Of a stretch of DNA of 64,000 nucleotides, positions 28,892 to 38,264 are shown one piece after another. The DNA lies in NCBI GenBank assembly GCA_024402505.1, contig JAKSTP010000002.1:63530-127529 (forward strand), written 5' to 3'. The notes below the pieces were generated by a model. That model worked only from the letters and a program-made list of their open reading frames with translations. It did no database searches and had not been told where the DNA came from. Numbering within the stretch: the first letter of the stretch is position 1; each line of letters begins with the position of its first letter. Position numbers and translations under genes: made by a program. This stretch comes from Treponema sp. (GTDB lineage Bacteria > Spirochaetota > Spirochaetia > Treponematales > Treponemataceae).

Positions 28892-30175
28892 CTAGTTTAC
28901 TTCTACTTTCTTAATGTGAGCGCCCAGCTTCTGTAACTGTTCTACCAGTCCTTCATAACCACGTTCAATCTGATAAACGTTGCTGATGCGGCTTTCACCG
29001 TGAGCACACAAAGCGGCAATTACCATGGCCATACCGGCGCGAATGTCCGGAGAAACCAGGTGATCACCGTGAAGCATACTAGGCCCCGAAACTACGGCAC
29101 GATGTGGATCGCAGAGAGTAATGCAGGCACCCATGGAGATAAGCTTGTCTACGAAGAACAGTCGGCTTTCAAACATTTTTTCAAAAATCAAAACTGTGCC
29201 GTCCACCTGGGTGGCAACAACAGTCATAATTGATGTAAGATCAGGCGGGAATCCTGGCCAAGGCATGTCATCTATTTTTGGAGTCATTCCTCCAAGATCA
29301 GGGTTTACCTTTAGTTCCTGTGTGTTTGGAACGGTGAGTTCATCTCCATCAATTCGCCAGGAAATTCCCAGTTTTGAAAAATGGCTTTTAAGAGGCCGCA
29401 TTTCTTCCGGTCGAATGCCTTTAATGGTGATTTTTCCTTTTGTAGCGGCGGCCATTCCAATATAAGATCCAATTTCAATAAAGTCAGGCCCGATTGTATA
29501 TTCACAGCTGTGGAGTTTTTCAACGCCTTGAATGCGGATAATATTACTTCCAATGCCGGAAATTTTTGCACCCATAAGATTGAGCATTTTGCACAGATCC
29601 TGGATGTGTGGTTCGCTAGCGGCATTCTGAATGATAGTTTCGCCTTCTGCAAGGACAGCGGCCATAACGGCATTTTCAGTGGCAGTTACGGAAGCCTCGT
29701 CCAAAAAGATGTCGGCCCCTACCAGCTTGTTTGCAGTCATTTTAAAATGCCCGTTGATTACAATGTTTGCGCCAAGAAGTTCCAGTGCCAGAAAATGAGT
29801 GTCCAGTCGGCGGCGGCCAATAACATCGCCTCCAGGTGGCATCATTTCACATTTTCCAGTACGGCCAAGAAGTGGTCCGGCAAAAACAATGGATCCACGA
29901 ACCTTCTTGGTTAAATCTCCAGGCAGTTCCGAAGATGTAAGATTTGAAGCGGTGATTTTCCAGCTGTGAGGTTCCAGTTTTTCAACCTTGGCTCCCAAAG
30001 CCTCAAGAATCTGCAGCATAACCTGAGTGTCCCGGATTTCCGGAATATTGTGCAAAACAACCGGTTCCGATGTAAGCAAAGTTGCAGTAAGACAAGGCAA
30101 AGCGGCGTTTTTGTTTCCGCTGGCTGTAATAGTTCCCGAAATTGGGAATCCACCTTCAATCACATATTCGTACAT
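28892..30175 (-). CDS. murA: UDP-N-acetylglucosamine 1-carboxyvinyltransferase (Asp at the Cys115 position)
   Basis: GNKNAALP, RGS, PGGDVIGRR, SVTATEN, PDFIE, FPPDL, FESRL, DIRAG, ERGYE. Confidence 0.97.
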   Translation of the reverse strand: MYEYVIEGGFPISGTITASGNKNAALPCLTATLLTSEPVVLHNIPEIRDTQVMLQILEALGAKVEKLEPHSWKITASNLTSSELPGDLTKKVRGSIVFAGPLLGRTGKCEMMPPGGDVIGRRRLDTHFLALELLGANIVINGHFKMTANKLVGADIFLDEASVTATENAVMAAVLAEGETIIQNAASEPHIQDLCKMLNLMGAKISGIGSNIIRIQGVEKLHSCEYTIGPDFIEIGSYIGMAAATKGKITIKGIRPEEMRPLKSHFSKLGISWRIDGDELTVPNTQELKVNPDLGGMTPKIDDMPWPGFPPDLTSIMTVVATQVDGTVLIFEKMFESRLFFVDKLISMGACITLCDPHRAVVSGPSMLHGDHLVSPDIRAGMAMVIAALCAHGESRISNVYQIERGYEGLVEQLQKLGAHIKKVEVN

Positions 30176-30184
30176 GAGTAGCTC

Positions 30185-31360
30185 CTAGACATTAAGCCTT
30201 ATTACTACATCGGCTGCTTTTGCCATTTGGTTTAGAGAAGCCCACTCACTTTTTGAATGAAAATTGTGTCCCCCAGTCCAGATATTTGGAGTTGGAATGC
30301 CCATTTCTGTTAAACGAGATCCGTCTGTGCCTCCTCGTATTGGCTTGAATACAGGTTCTACACCACAGTCCTTGCAGGCTTTAACAAGGCAGTCTACCAC
30401 GTTGGAGCCGCTTTCTTCTATTTTGTTGTGCATGTTCAGGTACTGTTCTTTGAAGGTAAGATCGATTATGCCGCCGAAAGTGTTCTCCACATCAGCACAG
30501 GCCTTTTTAATAATCTCTTTTTCTTTGTTGATTTCTTCCATTGCAAAGCTTCGTAAAAGCAGATCGCAGGATGCACTTGCAATAGATCCTTGGGTTTCCA
30601 TTACGGCAATAAAGCCTTCCCGGTTTTCCGTAGTTTCCGGGCGCATGTCTGATGGAAGCTTGTTCAAAAAAGATGCCAGCATTAGGTTTGCGTTGATCAT
30701 GCCGCCTTTCTTTGCATCTCCTGTGTGGGTTGCCTTTCCGGTAAATTCAATGTGGGCTGCCCAGGCGTTAAAACATTCAATTTCCACTTCACCAATGTGT
30801 CCGCCGTCCAGAGTATAGGCCTTTTTGCTTTTTAAAAGTTCCAGAGGCACCTTGTCCATGCCGTGACCAGTTTCTTCATCGGGACTAAAAATCACTTCAA
30901 TTTCCCCATGAGGGATTTCGGGATTTGCCTTAAAATATTCAAGGGCCGTCACAATTTCTGCAACGCCGGCCTTGTCATCCGCACCCAAAAGAGTAGTTCC
31001 GTCACTTGTAATGATGGTGTCCCCTTCTTCATTTTTGCTGATCTGTGCCTTTACATTTTTTCCAGACACTTCATCTACCGTGTCCATATGGGCCAGAAAA
31101 CAGATTGATTCATCTTTGCTGCATGATGAGCCCAGCCTTCCATAAACATAGCAGTTTTCTGTAAGCACCACATTGTCCATGCCCAATGCTTTTAGTTCTT
31201 TTTCAAGCTCCCGGGCAAAATCCCACTGACGGTCTGTAGACGGAAAAACACCTTCATCGGCCTTATTTCCGTCACTTTCCGACCAGATTGCCGTATATTT
31301 TACAAACCGCTTAAGCAGTTTTTCTTCCCAAAGTTCGTTTCCTGAAATGTAATTTATCAT
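30185..31360 (-). CDS. pepT: Peptidase T (M20B tripeptidase)
   Basis: AHMDT, LLGADDKAG, PDEETG, TLDGG, PIRGGTDG, GGHNFHS; ATG at 31360 preferred. Confidence 0.9.
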   Translation of the reverse strand: MINYISGNELWEEKLLKRFVKYTAIWSESDGNKADEGVFPSTDRQWDFARELEKELKALGMDNVVLTENCYVYGRLGSSCSKDESICFLAHMDTVDEVSGKNVKAQISKNEEGDTIITSDGTTLLGADDKAGVAEIVTALEYFKANPEIPHGEIEVIFSPDEETGHGMDKVPLELLKSKKAYTLDGGHIGEVEIECFNAWAAHIEFTGKATHTGDAKKGGMINANLMLASFLNKLPSDMRPETTENREGFIAVMETQGSIASASCDLLLRSFAMEEINKEKEIIKKACADVENTFGGIIDLTFKEQYLNMHNKIEESGSNVVDCLVKACKDCGVEPVFKPIRGGTDGSRLTEMGIPTPNIWTGGHNFHSKSEWASLNQMAKAADVVIRLNV

Positions 31361-31460
31361 GTGGCCAAGTGTAGCAAAAATTCCTTTCATTTTAAAGATT
31401 GACAAATACCCTAGAATTCCAGTTAAATATTAGTTAAATATTCAAAATGGAGATGTTTAT

Positions 31461-33272
31461 ATGAAAAAAATTGTTTTCTTTGCAAGCCTTGCCTTCCTTT
31501 TCTTTTTTTCTTCCTGTAATTTCTTTCAAGTTCCTGCTGAAAGCAAAAATGGTTCCATCGTTATTGACCTTGGAAAAAACAGCCGTGCTGTAACTTTCAT
31601 TACACGGGATTCTGTTGGAAGTTATTCAATCAATGTAAGTGGAAAAGGTTATTCTGAAACAAAACCTGCCGAAGCCTACGAAACAGTTGTTTTTGAAGAC
31701 CTTGAACCTGGCACTTACACTGTAAAAGGATTGGCTTTTAGTGAGGACAATAAACTTCTTGCCAGCGCCTCAACAACAGTAACAATCAAAGCCTTAGACA
31801 ACGTAACCGCCAAATTAAATTTTCACGATTTCGCAGAACTAAGCACACGCTTTGGAATGTTTTATTATGATGATGATTATGGATATCTTTATTATCCTTA
31901 CGATGATATTGATGATATCGATAGTTTTTCTTTAGACATGTCTTACAGTACCGATACAGGAATAAAAGACAAACTCACCGTGTATGAAATGCCAGATTCA
32001 AAAACCTATATTATTGTGAAAGATTATAGTGAGTATAAATTATATCTTCTTGATTCTGATTCTGACAAACTTCCTGATTCTCCTTCTTCTCTTGTATACA
32101 ATAGTGGTTCTATTGAATCTATAGCCTTCTTAGCTTCAGATCCATTCGACAGTTATCTTTTAGGCGATACACTTAAATATGATATTTATTTATTCACTAT
32201 TAAAACAGAGAATTCTATTAATACCAATACACTGAATGTTCGAGTATACCCTAACGATGCTTTTCCTTCAAACTCTTCAACTAGCTTTGATCTTGAAGTC
32301 CGAGATCCTATAGCCGAAATTTCCAAGGTTGTTGTACGTGGCTCACTCTTTTTCATTTCTTATAAATCAGATTCTGGTGAATCTCGTCTTGCTATGGTCG
32401 AATACCTGGAAGAACCAGAAGATTTCATTTTGCACGAAGACTTGAATACTGAAGACCTTGGTTTCACAGATACAACTGAAATCCGTGATATGGCCATGCC
32501 ACGAGATGGTGAACTTTATCTTCTTGTTGGTGAAAACGGATTTACACAGGATTTAGAATCAAAAGATGGTCCATATACCATATCTTTAGTAAACAGAAAT
32601 TTCAGTCTTAACACCCCTGATGAAACTGGTATATCCATTAAAAATACAACAATTTATAACCGTGGTGCTCTTGTAAAAATGGGTTACTCTCTTGATGGGG
32701 AACAGTTAAACCTTCTCCCAAGAAAAACATTGGGCTGGTACAACACAAAGCGAACCCTCAACGCCACAGGAACATTCACCGAAAAACCTGGAAGTCGTTC
32801 AGAGAACCGTCTTGCTGCTCGAAGTGAATTCAAGACTCTTGATTTATATGCCCCTACCAAAAGGGTAAGTTCATCTTACTTCTATGGTCCGGTTAGATTT
32901 GTCTGCACAAAACCAGACGAGCTTTATATTGTTGACTCAGGTTTTAATATCCGTCTTGCCGACTGGAATGCTACAGACAGCAATATTACTGATGAAAAAT
33001 ATGATAGAGATCAGAAAGGTCTTACCTCAAATGTTTTCAATTATGAAAGAATTATTAAGGTTGACCTTGGCTCTTTCGCCATGTCTGTAGAAAAATCCGA
33101 CAATGCATCATTCTTGTATACTGATGCTTCATTTTCTGGAGATTCAGTAAGTCCTAGTAAAGTTCGTTCGAATTTCTATTTATTGGAAAATCTTAAGTAT
33201 GTGTTTGCTGCATTAGCTTCAGCCACCGCCTACCTCGGTATTCACCCTAACCCAGTTGAACCATTAGACTAA
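31461..33272 (+). CDS. Treponemal surface lipoprotein of unknown function
   Basis: Lipobox FSS-C; N-terminal Ig/carboxypeptidase-regulatory-like segment; NRGALVK and FYGPVRFVCTKPDELYIVDSG resemble a Treponema paralogous lipoprotein family (from recall). Confidence 0.65.
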   Translation: MKKIVFFASLAFLFFFSSCNFFQVPAESKNGSIVIDLGKNSRAVTFITRDSVGSYSINVSGKGYSETKPAEAYETVVFEDLEPGTYTVKGLAFSEDNKLLASASTTVTIKALDNVTAKLNFHDFAELSTRFGMFYYDDDYGYLYYPYDDIDDIDSFSLDMSYSTDTGIKDKLTVYEMPDSKTYIIVKDYSEYKLYLLDSDSDKLPDSPSSLVYNSGSIESIAFLASDPFDSYLLGDTLKYDIYLFTIKTENSINTNTLNVRVYPNDAFPSNSSTSFDLEVRDPIAEISKVVVRGSLFFISYKSDSGESRLAMVEYLEEPEDFILHEDLNTEDLGFTDTTEIRDMAMPRDGELYLLVGENGFTQDLESKDGPYTISLVNRNFSLNTPDETGISIKNTTIYNRGALVKMGYSLDGEQLNLLPRKTLGWYNTKRTLNATGTFTEKPGSRSENRLAARSEFKTLDLYAPTKRVSSSYFYGPVRFVCTKPDELYIVDSGFNIRLADWNATDSNITDEKYDRDQKGLTSNVFNYERIIKVDLGSFAMSVEKSDNASFLYTDASFSGDSVSPSKVRSNFYLLENLKYVFAALASATAYLGIHPNPVEPLD

Positions 33273-33278
33273 TCAATT

Positions 33279-34265
33279 ATGAAGCCCTTGATTTCTGTCT
33301 GCATACCGGTTTTTGGCACTGAACCTGTTTTGGAACGGTGCCTGTTATCGGTTGCAGAACAGGATTTTTCACCTTTTGAGGTGATTATCGTAAGTGATGC
33401 ATCCCGGGGCAAAGACAGTAAAGGTCGGAATGCAGAAAAAATAGCAAAACAAGTTCTTAAAAAGCGGAAAGTCCCTTACATTTTTTACGAACACAACGTA
33501 AACCTTGGAATTATTGAAACCCGCCGTGACGCCCTGCACCGTGCCCAAGGTGACTACATCTTTACCATAGATTCCGACGATTTTCTTGGGGACCCAAAAA
33601 CCCTTTCCAGTCTTTACGCCGCCGCCAAATCCACAAAATGCCAGATTATCAATTCCCGAGGCCGTGCCTGGACCAGTTCCCCTGAAACCGCTCAGAACGT
33701 AGTTGATGCAAACCAGGCCAAACTGGATAAAATTGTCCTTGGAAAAATGGAAGGTCATAAAATCTTCAGAAATTTCCTTGTTGAAGGGGGACACCTTGGT
33801 TTTCTCTGGGCCAAACTTTTTAGCCGAGATCTTTTTACAAAAGCCTTTGACGCCATTCCCTGCACCTTCTGCACAATGGGGGAAGATACGCTCCTTTATT
33901 TTTTCATCTCCCTTTTTGCCCAATCCTATTACGGTGTGGAAGAAAAATATTACTGCTATTCTGTTGATGCTGGTGTATCCAGTTCAAATCTTATTACCAG
34001 CCTTGATCGCTGGCATAAAGTCTGTTCCGCTTCCTCAGTTTTTAATGTGCTTTTTGATTTTGTAAAAAATAATAGTGATATGTTTTCTGTTGATGAAAGG
34101 AATGCAGTGCGCCGCATGGGAAATAATTTTTTAGCAAACAATCTTTTTCAGCTTAAAGACGCAGTAGCCCCACAAATCCAGGAACAGGCTTATAATCTGC
34201 TCTGCGAAATGTGGGGCCCCGATTATGTAAAGGCTGTAGAAAAACTTAGCGAACAAACACAGTAA
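33279..34265 (+). CDS. Glycosyltransferase family 2
   Basis: ISVCIPVF...EVIIVSDAS...RRDAL...GDYIFTIDSDD...LWAKLF...MGED. Confidence 0.92.
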   Translation: MKPLISVCIPVFGTEPVLERCLLSVAEQDFSPFEVIIVSDASRGKDSKGRNAEKIAKQVLKKRKVPYIFYEHNVNLGIIETRRDALHRAQGDYIFTIDSDDFLGDPKTLSSLYAAAKSTKCQIINSRGRAWTSSPETAQNVVDANQAKLDKIVLGKMEGHKIFRNFLVEGGHLGFLWAKLFSRDLFTKAFDAIPCTFCTMGEDTLLYFFISLFAQSYYGVEEKYYCYSVDAGVSSSNLITSLDRWHKVCSASSVFNVLFDFVKNNSDMFSVDERNAVRRMGNNFLANNLFQLKDAVAPQIQEQAYNLLCEMWGPDYVKAVEKLSEQTQ

Positions 34266-35154
34266 AACGATCTTTACCGGCTTTCTTTGATTCGTACATT
34301 GCTGTATCGGCGTTGGCAAGAATTTCGTCGGCTGTTGATCCGTTTGCAGGAAATGATGCTACACCAATACTTGCCGAAGTTTTGAAGCTAACATCTTTAT
34401 CGTCAAGATGAACTTCTTCCCGTGCTTTTTCTACACACTGATTGGCAAAATCTGTAATGCTGAATCCATCTTCTGCAGGAATTACAATTACGTATTCATC
34501 ACCACCGTTTCGTGCCATAATTCCAGCTGGTTTTGGAATAGACATCCAGCGGGCTGCCATAAGATTCAAAATGAAATCTCCCGAACTGTGTCCGCTTGTA
34601 TCGTTAATCTTCTTAAAGTTGTCCAGATCAATGAAAAGAACATAGAATGGTTTTTCATCTTCAATAAGTTCTTCCAGATACTGGGTAAGGCCACGACGAT
34701 TGTAAATGCCGGTAAGAGGATCGGTAACAGCGTTTTTATTGTTCAAAAGCATGCCTGCGGCAACTTTTTTAAGGTTCAGGTACAAAATTGTGTTGATAAG
34801 ATATCCTGCAATCATAAATGAGAATCCAGGAAGAGCATCGGTATTTCGACCTCTAAATACACTGATTGAAATCAATCCGGTATAAATTGCCATTAAGCAG
34901 CAGGCAGTTATAAATCCATAATGGAAATGAACCTGAGTCATAACAACGGCCAGGGCAATCATAATGCCGCTAATCATGCCGGAAACTGTACTTGGTGTGA
35001 AAACAAAACCGCCTAAAGTAATATTCACCTGATTGCGGTTCAATGAAGATACAAAAGCAGAAAGACCAAAGTAGAAAATTGCCAGTACAATAAGTTTTCT
35101 TTTCTGAGATAAAGTAATATTCTTTTTTGCGGTGGATAAATCAAAATCGTTCAT
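34246..35154 (-). CDS. Membrane diguanylate cyclase
   Basis: About 4 TM helices; DPLTGIYNRR, IDLDNFKKINDTSGHSSGD, GGDEY; RBS GGAGGT before ATG at 35154. Confidence 0.92.
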   Translation of the reverse strand: MNDFDLSTAKKNITLSQKRKLIVLAIFYFGLSAFVSSLNRNQVNITLGGFVFTPSTVSGMISGIMIALAVVMTQVHFHYGFITACCLMAIYTGLISISVFRGRNTDALPGFSFMIAGYLINTILYLNLKKVAAGMLLNNKNAVTDPLTGIYNRRGLTQYLEELIEDEKPFYVLFIDLDNFKKINDTSGHSSGDFILNLMAARWMSIPKPAGIMARNGGDEYVIVIPAEDGFSITDFANQCVEKAREEVHLDDKDVSFKTSASIGVASFPANGSTADEILANADTAMYESKKAGKDRFTVFVR

Positions 35155-35324
35155 ATGAGTCACCTCCAGACACACTCAATAAATCCACTTTTTACTATAT
35201 AGTTACATATAATATATCAAAAAATCTCGAATTTCTCCACAAATATCTATGTTTCTTGTATAAATATTTAAATTTTTTCAGAATTTCACTAAAATAGAAG
35301 AAATTTTATCCTTGGAGGTATTAT

Positions 35325-36494
35325 ATGGATAGATTGATTTTGAATAACTATGGAAGTTTTGACCTTACTTTTGTAAAAGGCAAATGTGCCACAATGTATG
35401 CCTCCAACGGACGGAAATACATCGACTTCGTAAGCGGTATTGGTGTTAACTGCCTTGGTCACAATTACAAACCTTTGGTAAAAGCCATTGCTAATCAGGC
35501 AAAAAAAGAAATCCACATTTCAAACTATTATTTTTCTGACACAGGCCTTGAATTTGCCCAGAAGCTTTTGAAAGTAACAGGATTTGAAAAAGGTTATTTT
35601 GGTAACTCTGGTGGCGAAGCCAACGAAGCAGCCATTAAACTGGCCAGAAAATACGGTCAGCTGAACGGCGGAGATAAACGCAAGACTATTGTTACACTTA
35701 AATCAAGTTTCCACGGACGCACTTTGGCAACACTTACTGCCACAGGCCAGGACAAATTCCATCCTGATTGCTTTGCTCCTTATCCAGAAGGATTCAAAAC
35801 CATTAAGGCCAACGACTTTGACTGTCTTGCCACTGCATTTGACGACACAACTGCAGCACTTCTTATTGAATGTGTTCAGGGTGAAGGCGGTGTAAATCTT
35901 GTTTCTGCAGAATGGGCTCAGGCTGCAGCAGAAGCCGCAAGAAAAGCCGGTGCTATTGTAATGGCCGATGAAGTTCAGACTGGTGTTGGACGAACAGGTT
36001 CTTTCCTTGCCAGCGACGCCCTTGGATTTAATCCTGAAGTTGTTACTCTTGCAAAAGGCATTGCAGGTGGTGTTCCAATGGGAGCCTGTCTCTTCCGCGG
36101 TAAAGCAGCCGACGTTTTTGTTGCAGGTGATCATCAGTCAACTTTTGCAGGAAACCCTCTTGCCTGTGCTGCCGGAAATGTTGTAATCGACACACTTACA
36201 AAAGACGGTTTCATGCAGGACGTTATAAACAAAGGTGACTATATCCGTGAGATTATCAAAAGCTGGGATTTTCCTTGCGTAAAAGATGTTCGCGGCAAAG
36301 GACTTATGATTGGTATCCAGATTGATACAAAGTACAAACCTTTCGACATTGAAGTTAAGTGTCTGGAGGAAGGACTTTGTACAACAACAGCAGGTTCTGA
36401 TGTAGTCCGCTTCCTGCCACCTTTGGTAATCACCTACGATGAAATTGACAAAGGTCTTGAAATCTTCAAAAAGGTTTTGGAAAGTCTGAACTAG
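35325..36494 (+). CDS. argD: Acetylornithine aminotransferase
   Basis: DFVSGIGVNCLGH, NSGGEANEAAIKLAR, SFHGRT, ECVQGEGG, DEVQTGVGRTG, LAKGIAGG. Confidence 0.93.
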   Translation: MDRLILNNYGSFDLTFVKGKCATMYASNGRKYIDFVSGIGVNCLGHNYKPLVKAIANQAKKEIHISNYYFSDTGLEFAQKLLKVTGFEKGYFGNSGGEANEAAIKLARKYGQLNGGDKRKTIVTLKSSFHGRTLATLTATGQDKFHPDCFAPYPEGFKTIKANDFDCLATAFDDTTAALLIECVQGEGGVNLVSAEWAQAAAEAARKAGAIVMADEVQTGVGRTGSFLASDALGFNPEVVTLAKGIAGGVPMGACLFRGKAADVFVAGDHQSTFAGNPLACAAGNVVIDTLTKDGFMQDVINKGDYIREIIKSWDFPCVKDVRGKGLMIGIQIDTKYKPFDIEVKCLEEGLCTTTAGSDVVRFLPPLVITYDEIDKGLEIFKKVLESLN

Positions 36495-36509
36495 ACCAAG
36501 AAGATTATC

Positions 36510-38264
36510 ATGGACCGCAGAAATAAGCTTTTTTTGGATACATCATTACTCGTCTACGTTTTGGCTGTGTTCATTTCTGCACTTTTTCCAGAAATCAGCT
36601 TTCTGCGGTCCATTTTTTATAACCGCAAATATTCACTTGACGGCGTTGCCTACCTTTATGAAACCGATGTTCCGGGTAAAATAATTGAACTTAATCCCAA
36701 TATTGACGCAAAGGTTTTTAATGTAAACAACGACGCGCTTCCTTTAAAATTCGAAAACAATCACTATTACAACCTCTACTTTAGTGGACATTTTGATTAC
36801 GTTATTCCGGTTAATACCAACGTACTTTTACGAACCGACAATCTTTCCCTCCGCATTTTAGTAAACGGCAAGGAGATTTATCGTATTGATGATAATGACC
36901 GTGTTGTTCCCTACACCCGTTCTCCAAAATTCGGATACAGCAATTTTATTTCGGAAGGCATTTCTCCTAGCGACACCGTTGAAATCTATCTGGTAAACTA
37001 TTATCAGCACCAGTCATCCCGTTCCTTCACCGATTTTTTCAAGAACATTTATAAATCATCTCCATATTTTGTTTCTTCCCACAACTCCCGGGTTTCCCTT
37101 CTAGAAACTGTTTTTTGCTTTGCCCTGGTTTTTGTAGGAATCTTCGTACTTCTTCTCTATTTTGTTCTTCGTTCGGAAGGCCAGAGAACAAGTTATCTTT
37201 TTTACCTGGGATTTTTCATCTGCACTACGGGATTAAAGCTTGTTGCTGGACACAATATAATTATGCTTCTGGCACCAACTCCGGTTACTCTTGAAGTTAC
37301 GGAAATCTGTTTTAAATATATTGCAGCCATTTGTTTTGTTCATTACCTTAATTCGTTCCCTAATATCAACAAGGTTCATGCCCTGGATTTTATGGCTGGA
37401 TTTTTGAACTTCCTGTTTATCTTTGCATTCCTTTTCATCTACATGATTCTTGGACTTGAAAACTATTCATTCCTGTTCCATTACCTTGAAGATGCAGTGA
37501 TTTTTGCCTTCCTGCTCATTTCCTTTCTGGTTAGCCTTTTGAACAATCTTTCTAACATCAAGAAAAGCCCGGTTATTATTCTTTACGTTTCAAGCCTGAT
37601 TTACATTCTCCTCAACGGCTTTGAGATCTCACGGACAGGTTCTTTCTTCAAGATCAATCTTCCTTTCGAAATGACCGGATTCAGCCTGTTTATTGCAGGA
37701 CACATCTGGCTTTTCAAGATTTACATTAACAGTTCTGTTGAAGCTCGTGCAAAATCCCGACACATGGAAGATCTGGCCTACCGCGATGCCCTTACACACA
37801 CTGGAAACCGACAGGGCTGGCTTGAAAAAACAAAACGAATGAACGAAAAATTCATTACCGGCGACATTTTTGGTGTGGCCATGTTCGATCTGAACAACCT
37901 TAAAATGGTAAATGACGAAAATGGACACGGTAAAGGCGATGAATACATTCAGACTGCCGCCGATATTATCTGTAAAAACTTTAAGAATTCTCCGGTTTAC
38001 CGCATTGGTGGCGATGAGTTTGTGGCCATTTTAAACTCTGCCGACTGCGAAGATACAAATTCACTTCGAGAAAAACTTGAAATGGACTGCTATGTTTATT
38101 ACTGCAGCCATCCGGAGAACAAAAACTTTTCTATTGCATCGGGATATGCCGTTGTTGATTACAAAACCGACTCATCTTTCCACGATGTTTTCCAGCGTGC
38201 CGACGAAAATATGTATGCCCATAAAAAAATCATGAAGGAGCGTGACCAGTATGAAAGACGGTGA
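36510..38264 (+). CDS. Membrane-sensor diguanylate cyclase (periplasmic domain + 7TM + GGDEF)
   Basis: DALTHTGNR, DLNNLKMVNDENGHGKGD, RIGGDEF. Confidence 0.92.
   Translation: MDRRNKLFLDTSLLVYVLAVFISALFPEISFLRSIFYNRKYSLDGVAYLYETDVPGKIIELNPNIDAKVFNVNNDALPLKFENNHYYNLYFSGHFDYVIPVNTNVLLRTDNLSLRILVNGKEIYRIDDNDRVVPYTRSPKFGYSNFISEGISPSDTVEIYLVNYYQHQSSRSFTDFFKNIYKSSPYFVSSHNSRVSLLETVFCFALVFVGIFVLLLYFVLRSEGQRTSYLFYLGFFICTTGLKLVAGHNIIMLLAPTPVTLEVTEICFKYIAAICFVHYLNSFPNINKVHALDFMAGFLNFLFIFAFLFIYMILGLENYSFLFHYLEDAVIFAFLLISFLVSLLNNLSNIKKSPVIILYVSSLIYILLNGFEISRTGSFFKINLPFEMTGFSLFIAGHIWLFKIYINSSVEARAKSRHMEDLAYRDALTHTGNRQGWLEKTKRMNEKFITGDIFGVAMFDLNNLKMVNDENGHGKGDEYIQTAADIICKNFKNSPVYRIGGDEFVAILNSADCEDTNSLREKLEMDCYVYYCSHPENKNFSIASGYAVVDYKTDSSFHDVFQRADENMYAHKKIMKERDQYERR

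Noticed and set aside
35257-35270. ARG box (TGTATAAATATTTA) upstream of argD
   Set aside because: Single degenerate box in very AT-rich DNA with no tandem partner; too weak to call.
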